Below, in pieces: positions 45,171 to 54,739 of a stretch of DNA of 57,475 nt. Both the position numbers and the translations under genes were made by a program. The stretch is from IMG/VR virus record IMGVR_UViG_3300029536_000010, positions 1 through 57,475 of that record; one strand, 5' to 3'. The DNA comes from a virus. Position 1 is the first letter of the stretch; every line of letters begins with the position of its first letter. The notes under the pieces are model-generated. The model saw only the letters and a program-made list of their open reading frames with translations, searched no databases and was not told the DNA's origin.

Positions 45171-45758
45171 TTACTTCATCAGGTAGTAATCTCTTGTTGC
45201 CTGATCGCTAGCCTTATTGCCAAATACGATTTGTTCCGCATTTGCTACATCTTCCGGCTTTTCTTCGTCTTTTTTTCTTCCGGCATCTCCACCAGGATTA
45301 ATGGAACCATCTGCGATTTCCTGTTCCTTGGCTTGTGCTGCCTTTGTTTCTTTTTCGGCGATAATCTGTGACATTGAATCGATTGCTGCTTTTGCAATTT
45401 TCAGATCGTCCTGAAATCCAGCAAGAACCGTATCTGCCTGTTCGCCTGTCAGACCTTTTTCAGCTGCATATGCCCTAATGTCTTTTTTGATATTCTCTTT
45501 CTGCAATGAATCAATCTGTTTTCTAAGCTTCTCAATCTCGTCATCGTTCTGTGGTGACGGATTTGGGTTCGGCTGTGGATTTGGAACTGGTGCCGGTGTA
45601 GGCTGTGGCTGAGGTTCCGGCTTTGGTGATGGATTTGGGTTTGGTGCCGGAGCCGGTCTGTTACTGTGAAACTGATTTAAGTAATTCGTAACTTGGGCAT
45701 CTGTCGGCTCCTCAATCCCTAACGCGATTAAGTTCTGTTTTGCTTCTTCTCTTGTCAT
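45171..45758 (-). CDS. Scaffold protein (DUF4355-like)
   Basis: Pro/Asn-rich N-term, then EIEKLRKQIDSLQKENIKKDIRAYAAEKGLTGEQADTVLAGFQDDL. Confidence 0.75.
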   Translation of the reverse strand: MTREEAKQNLIALGIEEPTDAQVTNYLNQFHSNRPAPAPNPNPSPKPEPQPQPTPAPVPNPQPNPNPSPQNDDEIEKLRKQIDSLQKENIKKDIRAYAAEKGLTGEQADTVLAGFQDDLKIAKAAIDSMSQIIAEKETKAAQAKEQEIADGSINPGGDAGRKKDEEKPEDVANAEQIVFGNKASDQATRDYYLMK

Positions 45759-45914
45759 AGTTATTACCTCCGTATCTACATTTGTTTTCGCTGTTCTATC
45801 AGCTTGGATTTATACTTTTTCCCATCTAACGCGTGAGAATGCTTTTTTATGTATAAAAAAATCAGCCAAAAAATTTGGCTGATTCCAAAAATTTGGCTGA
45901 TTGTTTTATTGAAT

Positions 45915-47255
45915 TTAATTTTTAAACTGAATAGCTTCAATTCTAAGTTCCTGCCCGACTGTACCTAGTGTAGATACGCCGTCAGCTTTCGTCCAGTCTG
46001 TCCAACCGGAATTCTCCACATGGGCTCGATACTCAAAATCTCCGTCAAAGCATAAGCACTCGATACGCTTATTCTGACCAGTTGTGCCGATTACCGTGTC
46101 TTTTGTGACCACGCCATAATCTTTCCAGCCAATACCCTCAATATGAGCTTTTGCTTTAATTGTCATGCCAAGTGGGTCAATCTTAAATGCTTCGAGACGC
46201 AATTTATGCCCTGTAATACCAATAATGTTTTCACAAGCTCTTTCGCCAAGCCATCCTTTATTCTGGACGTGTGGATTGACAAGGAATTTAGCAACCATGA
46301 TTTCTATCGCTTCAATTTGCAGCTCTTTTCCTTTTGTGCCCGCCCAGTTTCCGTTGAATGTCCAATCTGTCCATCCGATGTTTTTCTGGTGAACTCTGTA
46401 GATGTACGGCGTATCCTTGCCAATAATCTTGATTGCTTCGATACGTTTGTTCTGACCTGTGGTGCCAAGGATTGTGTCTTTGGAGATATTCTTGTATTCC
46501 TTATCGCCTACATCCTTGATATGCACTACCACGTCTGTTTCTCCGATGGGAATAAGTCGGAACGCTTCGATTCTCCGGTTCTGTCCTGTCGTTCCTGACA
46601 TACGACCATCAGACTGCCAACACGCCCAGCCAATATCACGGATATGTGACTGATAAGATACCTTGCCGTAATGCTGTACGGAGTCCTGAGATGTTCCACC
46701 AGATGTTACCTTACCGTCAGAATCCTCTTTTGTCGGAGATGCTGTGGCGATACCGAATGCATTAAGGATACCTCTTGCTAAGTCATCTATTTGGCTATTA
46801 AATTTGTTCAGATCGCCAGAATTGGTAATGAAGCCATTCTCTAGAAGTCGATAGCTATATCCTCTTGCGGCAGCCCTGTTCGGGTTGGCGAGGTCACTTC
46901 TCGGAACGATATTTTTTGCACGCCCCGGGAAGAACGAGCCGATAAAGCTTGCCAGTGCCGTGTCATACTGGTCTGCGCTGTAAGCGGAATTGATAATAAC
47001 ATGACCGCCCTTTGCCGAAGCTCCTGCGCTGTCCATGTGTAATTCCAGAATCTGCCAATCTTTCGGAATATTAAGACTCATGATTCCATTGTCTGCGTAC
47101 CAGTTCCGGTTCATATCTGCGACCGTGACGTTTCCGCCTCCAAGAGCTGATAATCTGGAAGCGAGCGCACGTACACGCTCTGCCTCCGTATATCCATATC
47201 CTACTGCTCCGCAATCACCGGCGCCATGACCAGCTATTACATATAAATGTGCCAT
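45915..47255 (-). CDS. Endolysin: N-acetylmuramoyl-L-alanine amidase with clostridial hydrophobic-W repeats
   Basis: MAHLYVIAGHGAGDCGAVGYGYTEAE...; repeated GW.DW/WACWQSDG...GTTGQNKRIEAI. Confidence 0.9.
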   Translation of the reverse strand: MAHLYVIAGHGAGDCGAVGYGYTEAERVRALASRLSALGGGNVTVADMNRNWYADNGIMSLNIPKDWQILELHMDSAGASAKGGHVIINSAYSADQYDTALASFIGSFFPGRAKNIVPRSDLANPNRAAARGYSYRLLENGFITNSGDLNKFNSQIDDLARGILNAFGIATASPTKEDSDGKVTSGGTSQDSVQHYGKVSYQSHIRDIGWACWQSDGRMSGTTGQNRRIEAFRLIPIGETDVVVHIKDVGDKEYKNISKDTILGTTGQNKRIEAIKIIGKDTPYIYRVHQKNIGWTDWTFNGNWAGTKGKELQIEAIEIMVAKFLVNPHVQNKGWLGERACENIIGITGHKLRLEAFKIDPLGMTIKAKAHIEGIGWKDYGVVTKDTVIGTTGQNKRIECLCFDGDFEYRAHVENSGWTDWTKADGVSTLGTVGQELRIEAIQFKN

Positions 47256-47305
47256 ACTATATCTCCTTTTATGATATTTAGTTAATTAAAGCCCTCTTTA
47301 GTTAA

Positions 47306-48421
47306 TTACATAAATGTTCTCATAAATCCCTCATATTCATAGGATACACGTTCCTGTCCTACTTCGTTTAGGTGAACATCATCTAAAAACAATGCGTTTT
47401 TGACATTAGTATTCCATGCCCAAATTCCACCTTGCTTATTGTTTTTGCAATGCCAACCAACAAACATACAAGCCTTTTCGATGGAGCCAATGTAATCTGT
47501 TTGCTCTTGATAGTAATAAGGAGTAATAAACATTACTTGAGCCAACGGGAAATTCTCTGCTAAATATGTGAAAGCAACTCTCAAAGCACCAAACAAATTT
47601 GTTGTATCCGTGTTTCCGATTGTCCACGTCCCCAATTCAACATTTCTATGTCTGTCATTTGTCCCCATGTGAATAACAATAATGTCAGGATTGTTATTGA
47701 TTTTTTTTGCTTGTTCAAGCAGACAATTTGCGTCAACACCACCATGCCCGGTGGTGATAAACGTTCCATTTATTGCAAGTTTTTGATATACCATGCCATT
47801 TCTGTTAGCAATCTTATACGCCCAAGTTTGCTCCTCATTTAAAGTATGACCCTTTGCCATGCTATCACCTAGAATAGCCATTGTTTTCCCATGAAGTCTA
47901 TTTTCAGATTTGCGAGTTTTTAATTCTGATACATCTTTTGTAATTACAGAATATTCATATCCAAATGGATAATATTTATCGGGAGTTTCAATGCTTGTGA
48001 ACATACATCTAGCTTTGATAGTTTCATCACTTGGAAATGTTACTCTTGCGTATTTTGAACCATTAGGGGAAGTACAAGGCGATGCTTTGAAATATCCACC
48101 TGCAATAAATGTTTTCGATGAATCATAAAAACAAACATAAAACGTATCCGCATCATATTTCACTGTACCGACCATCTGAAGTGCATAATATGTTTTATTT
48201 TCATCCACATCAAAATAATCAGATGTAACAAATCTTGAATCGCTTTTCACATTTCCGTTAATATTCAGATAACCACCAACAGTGTTGTTTTTGTCAAATC
48301 CATTAATTAATCTTTTATAAATTATCTTACCTAAATCTTCCTTTAGCAAACCAATGTCCGATTCATTTTTATCCAACCTTTCAGCAGTATCTTTGTATAT
48401 TTTAAATGATTGTTCTGCCAT
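47306..48421 (-). CDS. Phage SGNH/GDSL hydrolase, fibre-like N-terminus
   Basis: MAILGDSMAKGHTLNEEQTWAYKIANRNG...IVIHMGTNDR...FLDDVHLNEVGQERVS. Confidence 0.85.
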   Translation of the reverse strand: MAEQSFKIYKDTAERLDKNESDIGLLKEDLGKIIYKRLINGFDKNNTVGGYLNINGNVKSDSRFVTSDYFDVDENKTYYALQMVGTVKYDADTFYVCFYDSSKTFIAGGYFKASPCTSPNGSKYARVTFPSDETIKARCMFTSIETPDKYYPFGYEYSVITKDVSELKTRKSENRLHGKTMAILGDSMAKGHTLNEEQTWAYKIANRNGMVYQKLAINGTFITTGHGGVDANCLLEQAKKINNNPDIIVIHMGTNDRHRNVELGTWTIGNTDTTNLFGALRVAFTYLAENFPLAQVMFITPYYYQEQTDYIGSIEKACMFVGWHCKNNKQGGIWAWNTNVKNALFLDDVHLNEVGQERVSYEYEGFMRTFM

Positions 48422-48435
48422 TTTTAATCACCCCT

Positions 48436-48888
48436 TTATATCCCGTCATCATATTTCACGATAATGCCGTCTTTTCCATTTGCCAAAAAAGAAAATCCTT
48501 TACCAGATGCTTTTCCAGAAATCGCATCTCCTGTTTCTTTTGCATCGGCAGCTTTCCCGGGTTCGCTCAAGGTTTTATCCGTATTTACTTCTACCGGATT
48601 TTCTTTCATGTAATTTTCTACAGCTTGTTTTATATCAGCAGTTGTAGAAGTTGTTTTCTTCCACTCGTTTAATTCGGCATTAAATTTGTAGTAATCTCCT
48701 GTATCGGTCATGAGGCAAGAGCTTCCGGTTCCTACATATAAAGGTAGCTTATCAAGATCTTTTGAAAGGCCTTCGTAATCTCTTATATTTCCATATTTTT
48801 TTACGCAAATAAGACTTCCCATTTCAGGTACATCTTCGCCTGCAAGATATGTTTGTCCGTCTTGTATAACTGTATAATCATATTTCAT
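48436..48888 (-). CDS. Fibre-associated hypothetical protein
   Basis: MKYDYTVIQDGQTYLAGEDVPEMGSLICVK... Confidence 0.5.
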   Translation of the reverse strand: MKYDYTVIQDGQTYLAGEDVPEMGSLICVKKYGNIRDYEGLSKDLDKLPLYVGTGSSCLMTDTGDYYKFNAELNEWKKTTSTTADIKQAVENYMKENPVEVNTDKTLSEPGKAADAKETGDAISGKASGKGFSFLANGKDGIIVKYDDGI

Positions 48889-48983
48889 ATTGTTTCGTTG
48901 ATAACCTCTTACTTTCCATCGTCATACATTACTTTAAGGTTTCTATCAGAGTCAATACTTAATGCAATTCCTCCAATGTTTCA

Positions 48984-50423
48984 CTACTCTTCTTCCGTAC
49001 TACCAGTTTTGCTATTTTGAACCTGTTCTCTTTCGACTTCTTCCGCAGTTCGGTACAAAACATCGAGATATGGTTTTGATAACGTGTACGCTTTCTCGCT
49101 ATCAGGGAATAGAGTGCTTAATTCAAATGCAAGTTTAGGGTGTGTTCCATTTTTCAGCAAATAATCAAGAAACTGTGCTTTTACAAGCATATTATCCATA
49201 GGGCTGTGATTTATTACCACTTCAAACTGGCTTGTATCAATCGGACAATCATTCTTTTTAATTCTTATAATGTTAAGAATCACGTCATTCAGTCTTTGCT
49301 CCGACTCTTGAACGAATGGGTCTTTCAGCTTTCCTCTTGTTTTTGCCATATCCCATCCATTTCTAAGTTGTACAGCTCCTTGCGTGTCTCCACCAGTATT
49401 TCCTTCGAGCTTAGGAATAGCCAGAATCTGCAAGAAATTGTCTATTAAATCCTGTTTCGCTACCTGAGACTCGGATTGATTAAGCTCCTGTGTCATAATA
49501 TCAACATCGGCTTTATTATCCGTACCATTGTTTGATTTTACGACCAATGCACCTTCCATTTTCATTTGTTTGAATGTTTCAGAATCAACTGTGCAGTTTA
49601 CGAATTTAACCCACGACTGAACGAATTGCTCTATTCCATCCATCCTATTTGACTGCATATTATTGATTGCATCAAAAATGCTGATAACCAATTCAACGTC
49701 AGATATTCTTTCTGGGTTGTTTGGGTATTCTACAATCGGAATATTCCCAAACGCATGTACGCTCCATTCGCTCACTTTTCCATCTTTAATAATGCATTGA
49801 TGCGTTTTTGTGTGGCATACTTTATACCATTCGCCTTTAAGGTTTTTCAATTCCTGTACGGAAACGATAGGTTCATCGTTCAAAGAAGAATATATAATGT
49901 ATGTATTCATCGGAGTTGGCACTGTAATTCTAAATGGAATGGTTGATTTTTTGTCTTTTACAATCTGAACCGCCAGAAATCCAGTTCCAACAGCTGATTG
50001 CCATTCACCGCATTTAATGTTTCTTGCGTGCTTATGTGCTAATCTTAGATATGTATTATATCTGTCAACATATTCGCTTATATCTTCCTTAATTGTGCTT
50101 ACGCATTGTAGCGGCTCTCCATATGTCTGACCTACTTTAAATTGGACAGCTTCATACGCATGGTTCTCGACAATTTTGTTTATTATATCGTCTCTTACAA
50201 TCTTTTTACGATAAAGAATCGGCTGATCTCCGTGTACATAATTCCAAAGATACTTTACTACACTTTTATTAAAATAAAACGTTCCAAGAGTTTCGCCTAC
50301 AATTTCCAGAATATTATTCTGGTTGACCTCTTCAACGTCAACATATGCAATTTTTCTTCCATATTTCCCCATTACAAGGTCTTGTAGTGTCTCTTTATTC
50401 ATCGAATTACCTCTGCATTCCAA
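48984..50423 (-). CDS. Portal protein (SPP1 gp6-like)
   Basis: 479 aa; KFVNCTVDSETFKQMKMEGALVVKSN...; NIEGNTGGDTQGAVQLRNGWD-type context. Confidence 0.8.
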   Translation of the reverse strand: MECRGNSMNKETLQDLVMGKYGRKIAYVDVEEVNQNNILEIVGETLGTFYFNKSVVKYLWNYVHGDQPILYRKKIVRDDIINKIVENHAYEAVQFKVGQTYGEPLQCVSTIKEDISEYVDRYNTYLRLAHKHARNIKCGEWQSAVGTGFLAVQIVKDKKSTIPFRITVPTPMNTYIIYSSLNDEPIVSVQELKNLKGEWYKVCHTKTHQCIIKDGKVSEWSVHAFGNIPIVEYPNNPERISDVELVISIFDAINNMQSNRMDGIEQFVQSWVKFVNCTVDSETFKQMKMEGALVVKSNNGTDNKADVDIMTQELNQSESQVAKQDLIDNFLQILAIPKLEGNTGGDTQGAVQLRNGWDMAKTRGKLKDPFVQESEQRLNDVILNIIRIKKNDCPIDTSQFEVVINHSPMDNMLVKAQFLDYLLKNGTHPKLAFELSTLFPDSEKAYTLSKPYLDVLYRTAEEVEREQVQNSKTGSTEEE

Positions 50424-50655
50424 ATGTCATACCGCTACTACAATTTCTTAACGGTATTGGTTTAATTTCCGTTTTTCCTCCGATTGCATGATACACAACC
50501 CGTTTGTTACACTTTTTACATTTGCATATTTTGTTCATCGTAGATCGTCCATCATATGTGCCTACTTTTCTATGGCATTTCGGACAATAAATTGTTTCTT
50601 GAATATACTCGTTCATTTTTTTCTCCATAAAAAATACGCCCTGCCTGTTTGGCAA
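50407..50655 (-). CDS. Com-like small zinc-finger protein
   Basis: IYCPKCHRKVGTYDGRSTMNKICKCKKCNKRVVYHA. Confidence 0.65.
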   Translation of the reverse strand: MPNRQGVFFMEKKMNEYIQETIYCPKCHRKVGTYDGRSTMNKICKCKKCNKRVVYHAIGGKTEIKPIPLRNCSSGMTFGMQR

Positions 50656-50760
50656 GACGCATTTTCTTATCTTTCAGAAGGACATTTCCGGTTAAAGAAT
50701 TTTTTATTCTTTTTCTCTGATTATAATAATACACCCTTTTTTTAGTGAATTGTGTGAAAC

Positions 50761-51195
50761 TTATAAATATTTGCTTATAATTTTACTTACTAAACTTCTA
50801 TCTATTGACAAATTATCAGCTATCTGTTGTTGGGTCATTCCTTCGATAAAAACGCACTTGAAAATCTGCCTATCTCTGCTCATTGGAATTGTGTCTATAA
50901 ATGATTCAATTTCTTCTGTATATTCAATTAAGTCATTTTCTTTTGTTCTCAAACGGTTAACCTTTTTTCTTAGAAGTTTTTTTCTTTTTTCGTAAAGTGT
51001 TATTGGAAATCCTTCAATTTTAAATCCCTGTATTCCTCCTAGACCTCCGGTTACTTTGTCACACACGGTACCTTCTGCAATAAGATCTGATATGGAGTCT
51101 TCTGTTTTTTTTATTTCTTTTTTTATCATCTCAATTTCCAATTGCATTGCCTTATACTCGGACAATTTCTCTTTTGTCAGAAAATTTGCATTCAT
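50761..51195 (-). CDS. Sigma-70 region 4-like late regulator (RinA/ArpU-like)
   Basis: DTIPMSRDRQIFKCVFIEGMTQQQIADNLSIDRSLVSKIISKYL. Confidence 0.75.
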   Translation of the reverse strand: MNANFLTKEKLSEYKAMQLEIEMIKKEIKKTEDSISDLIAEGTVCDKVTGGLGGIQGFKIEGFPITLYEKRKKLLRKKVNRLRTKENDLIEYTEEIESFIDTIPMSRDRQIFKCVFIEGMTQQQIADNLSIDRSLVSKIISKYL

Positions 51196-52937
51196 TACCG
51201 GTACCCCCCTCTAAATGGATTATGTACAGCTTCAACTTTTGACGGTTCCCACGTTCCTTCGATAAAATATGCCAAAGACGCCAGACAGTCAGGGGCATCT
51301 TCATGTTTGTTTTTTCCTTTTATCGTGAAAGAAAATAAGTTTCTCATAAATGCCCTGTATTCCTGACTTCTGCACCCGGTATCTCTGAAATACCATTCGC
51401 GAATAGAACCGGCTTTATCCCAAATCCTTTGAGTTTTCCTCATTGAAGTAGGTGCATACTGGGAAACAAGGTTTATTTTGTGTCCTTTTTCTCTAAGCAT
51501 CGTATCTACTTCATCCTTGTATCCCTCTCCACCTTGGTTAGCTTCGAAATACGCACTTCCGATATTGTGATCAATTATCATATCAACAACTTTTGGCTTA
51601 GTTATCTTCTTTTCAGAATTATCAAATATGGCATCATCAATATAAATCGATCCATCTTCATACATATATGCTACAGCAAAAGCCAAATAGTCTTCTCCAC
51701 CAAGTGCAACGTCACACGCTGCGCAGATGCGGTATGGTTCTTCAGCCGGAAGTACTCCATTGTAAAATTTCATGTGTTCCTGACTAAATACCGCTCCGTC
51801 ACGTTCAATTGGTTCCTGTTGACACTGTGCATACCATCCAGCCATATCATCATTTTCCTCGAATTTTGCACGCTCAATACGGTAATATTTCGTCGAAAAA
51901 CCTACTCCATAATCATAATCAAAGTTACTCTCATCCGTTTCCGGGTCAAGAGCCGGTATTTTAAGTACATCAAATCGAATATCTTGTGCTTCTGGATTGT
52001 TTTCCAAGAATTCACGCCGATTCATGTAAATATCTTTCAAGCTCCAAATTGTACCGTTATATACAACTTTGCATTTTTCTTTTTTACGTTTCATTACGTT
52101 GTTGTCAAAGATAATCTGCTTTCTGCGCAAGATGTCAGGGTTTAATACATCCTGAATACCTTCCAGAATATCGTCGATAATAAGCCATCCGTAGGCATCG
52201 TATTCACCATTCAGACCAGATGTGAGACCTTTTCCAGATAAAGACTTGTACTTTTTCTTACGTTGCAAGTCCACCTTATTATTTTTTGCATCCGTATCTA
52301 CAATAATTGCTTTTGGGAAAATATCAGAAAAACAATAGATTGGATCCGTCCAGATTTCTATAACGCCATCAAGAAATGCTCCTCCAAGTCCTTCTTTGTA
52401 TGTCACATACAGGTTACTTGCTTCTGTATTGCGTGCGCACTTCCAAGAAGTAGCAAGCGTAAGTTCCTGACTCTTACCCACGCGGGCAGGCATGTGGACA
52501 AACAATTCGTCTAATTCATCATCTTCAAGCAGTTGGAGCTTGTCTGTTACAAGCTTTAGTGTTTTTCTTCTCGGTTCATAGAATCTATCTCTTCTTTTTC
52601 TGTTTTTTTCAACATACAGCATGTAGCTGTCCAAAACATCCGGTGCTTCCATCTTTAGCAGCTTGTAGTAAATATTTATCAATTCAAATTCTGTCTTATT
52701 TTCTTGTGCAAAGTCCTCAAGCTGTGCAAATGTGCCTCCTGATTGCTTTTTTATCAAATAATTGATAATTTCTTTTGCTCGATTTGAGACTTTTACGCCG
52801 TATTTAATGTCATGTTCCGTGCAAATAGCTGTTTGAGTAGCCATTACATAAGCATTTAGCACCTGTCCGTCAATTTCATGATTTTTTATATAATCTTCAT
52901 ACCCATTTACAGTTTTTATCAAGTATTCACTTGCCAT
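51195..52937 (-). CDS. terL: Terminase large subunit
   Basis: ELFVHMPARVGKSQELTLATSWKCARN...WLIIDDILEG...AACDVALGGEDYLAFAVAYMYEDGSIYI. Confidence 0.9.
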   Translation of the reverse strand: MASEYLIKTVNGYEDYIKNHEIDGQVLNAYVMATQTAICTEHDIKYGVKVSNRAKEIINYLIKKQSGGTFAQLEDFAQENKTEFELINIYYKLLKMEAPDVLDSYMLYVEKNRKRRDRFYEPRRKTLKLVTDKLQLLEDDELDELFVHMPARVGKSQELTLATSWKCARNTEASNLYVTYKEGLGGAFLDGVIEIWTDPIYCFSDIFPKAIIVDTDAKNNKVDLQRKKKYKSLSGKGLTSGLNGEYDAYGWLIIDDILEGIQDVLNPDILRRKQIIFDNNVMKRKKEKCKVVYNGTIWSLKDIYMNRREFLENNPEAQDIRFDVLKIPALDPETDESNFDYDYGVGFSTKYYRIERAKFEENDDMAGWYAQCQQEPIERDGAVFSQEHMKFYNGVLPAEEPYRICAACDVALGGEDYLAFAVAYMYEDGSIYIDDAIFDNSEKKITKPKVVDMIIDHNIGSAYFEANQGGEGYKDEVDTMLREKGHKINLVSQYAPTSMRKTQRIWDKAGSIREWYFRDTGCRSQEYRAFMRNLFSFTIKGKNKHEDAPDCLASLAYFIEGTWEPSKVEAVHNPFRGGYR

Positions 52938-53047
52938 AACAAAAAAAGTGCCTCCTAACTAAAAAAGTCAAGAGACACTTCTCTGTTCCACATCCGCATC
53001 CGGACAATGGCGATCTTTATTATTTTTCTGTGAGAATATAGTTCATC

Positions 53048-53209
53048 CTATTTCACAACTTTTTCCTTGTGGTAAGTAACTTTCAATCCCTCTTTAACAG
53101 GTCTGATTGTAACAGTGTATCCAGCCTCTACCAATTCTGTTACTTTTCCTTGTGACATATACAATTGTTTGACAATTTTTTCTTTTTTATCGCATTCATT
53201 CTGGATCAT
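53048..53209 (-). CDS. Small hypothetical protein (53 aa, missed by the ORF track)
   Basis: My translation: MIQNECDKKEKIVKQLYMSQGKVTELVEAGYTVTIRPVKEGLKVTYHKEKVVK. Confidence 0.6.
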   Translation of the reverse strand: MIQNECDKKEKIVKQLYMSQGKVTELVEAGYTVTIRPVKEGLKVTYHKEKVVK

Positions 53210-53270
53210 AGTTTCCGAAGTCCTCCGTTACATACTAGCATAGCGAGATATTATTTTCTTTGCGTTTTTC

Positions 53271-53498
53271 TTATTGTTCATCTTTGTATGCATCTCCATT
53301 TAACGTCCATATGTATTCTGCTTCAAACAATCCTTTAGGAAACGGTTCTCCCATCAAAAGTTTTCTGAGATATTTTCTAAATGTAGGCTCACACATTTCC
53401 GCCATTTTAGCTGCTTCCGCCATTGTAACTTTTCTACTAGCAAAAGCGTTGTATGCATCACAAAATTTTTGAGAATCAAACTGTTTTTGCTTACTCAT
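53271..53498 (-). CDS. Small HTH-like protein (start at MSKQKQFDSQK)
   Basis: ASRKVTMAEAAKMAEMCEPTFRKYLRKLLMG. Confidence 0.6.
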   Translation of the reverse strand: MSKQKQFDSQKFCDAYNAFASRKVTMAEAAKMAEMCEPTFRKYLRKLLMGEPFPKGLFEAEYIWTLNGDAYKDEQ

Positions 53499-53526
53499 AT
53501 TACACTCCTCACATTCACGTTTACAA

Positions 53527-53597
53527 CTAGCCAAGGCGGAATCGAACCGCCACAAATGGAGTCAAAGTCCATTACTCTACCACTGAGCTACATGCCA
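53527..53597 (-). tRNA. tRNA-Gln(UUG)-like, acceptor stem mismatched
   Basis: GTAGCTCAGTGGTAGAG; ATGGA-ctTTGac-TCCAT; GGCGG-TTCGATT-CCGCC. Confidence 0.65.
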
Positions 53598-53599
53598 AA

Positions 53600-54250
53600 A
53601 GTAAAAATTACATTTTCAGAACATGATTAGGGCTTCCCCTTATTCATCATGGTAGAAATCATATTCAGCCAGTGTGACGATAAGTCTGAGCGTCCAGGAG
53701 CGACCCTTGGCTTCTTACCGCTGTCAAAGCACACACGGGATTGATACCCGTAAATTTCACGGTTCTTTCAGAATTGTTTGTAATGTTTTTTCTTATCCTT
53801 AAAACATTTTTCTTTTTAAATAAAACTTTGCCATACCGCTACTTTAACGAATTTCTTGTGTTATACTCCGATCTCTCGGATTCAAGGCAAATCAGCTTAT
53901 TGAGAATTTCCAGTTAGTCCGTAGTCTCTCACACCACTCACATCACTGGATTATTTCTGCACCGCAGATGTCTATTTTACGCTGACCACAAGGATTCTGC
54001 TATTGACTTCTCTGTGATGATACACTGCAAGGCATTGTTGACGGTTTCCATCTCCACCAATGGAATCACTTCCAGTGGAAAGAATCAGCTTATCCAATAT
54101 CTCGAACAAGCCTATCTCGTTACCTTTGCATCTCGGCAGGACTGAAAAATCCATCTGCACCGAGGTAATCATATTTTGAATTTGCAATACGGTTTTTAGT
54201 GTATGATAACGCTTATTTGATTTACTATAGTGGATTGGATAATGTTAATA
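53600..54250 (-). ncRNA. Candidate large structured non-coding RNA (ROOL/GOLLD-type or novel)
   Basis: About 650 nt without convincing coding sequence, flanked by tRNA genes, with many hairpins. Confidence 0.5.
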
Positions 54251-54282
54251 AGTGTTTTTTCAAGAACCGCTTAACTTGAAAT

Positions 54283-54354
54283 AGCAGACATGGGAGTCGA
54301 ACCCATTATTACAAGGGTATGAACCTTGTGTGATTATCCGTTTCACTCGCCTGC
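54283..54354 (-). tRNA. tRNA-Met(CAU)
   Basis: GCAGGCG...CAAGG-ttCATac-CCTTG...ATGGG-TTCGACT-CCCAT-GTCTGC. Confidence 0.75.
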
Positions 54355-54370
54355 TTTAATTGTTTGACTG

Positions 54371-54419
54371 GAAGACCGCCGTCTATTACATATCGCTCCG
54401 CAATAAAACCAGTCGAGGG
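54371..54419 (-). ncRNA. Short structured segment between tRNAs
   Basis: Minus GACTGG...CCAGTC arms bracket about 37 nt; no T-arm. Confidence 0.3.
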
Positions 54420-54456
54420 ACTAAAAATGTGCAACTCTGTGTTACCAACCACGGAA

Positions 54457-54531
54457 AGCTACCGTTCGGACTCGAACCGAAAACCTGTTGATTCGTAATC
54501 AACTGCTCTATCCAATTGAGCTATGATAGCA
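54457..54531 (-). tRNA. tRNA-Arg(ACG)
   Basis: GCTATCATAGCTCAATTGGATAGAGCAGTTGATTACGAATCAACAGGTTTTCGGTTCGAGTCCGAACGGTAGC. Confidence 0.85.
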
Positions 54532-54623
54532 GATAGTAAATGCGGTTTTTATGTAATTTGCTACCAGAGAATGCGATGGCTGTTAATAGTTCCTCGTTTC
54601 CAAGAACCGCAAAACTTGAAAAA

Positions 54624-54706
54624 CGCCGTATGAAGGAGTCGAACCTCCAAGTCGTTTCCGACTGACTGGTTAGCAACCAGCTCCAATACCATTATGGGAA
54701 TACGGC
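54624..54706 (-). tRNA. tRNA-Ser(GCU)
   Basis: Acceptor GCCGTAT/ATACGGC, loop ttGCTaa, variable arm AGTCGGAAACGACT, T-arm GGAGGTTCGACTCC. Confidence 0.8.
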
Positions 54707-54739
54707 TTATTTAGCGGTCTGCCAAACCGCCATAAATAT

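Noticed and set aside
53972-54187. 71-aa minus ORF inside the ncRNA candidate
   Set aside because: No recognisable domain, no convincing SD, and it cuts across the strong stems; treated as chance.
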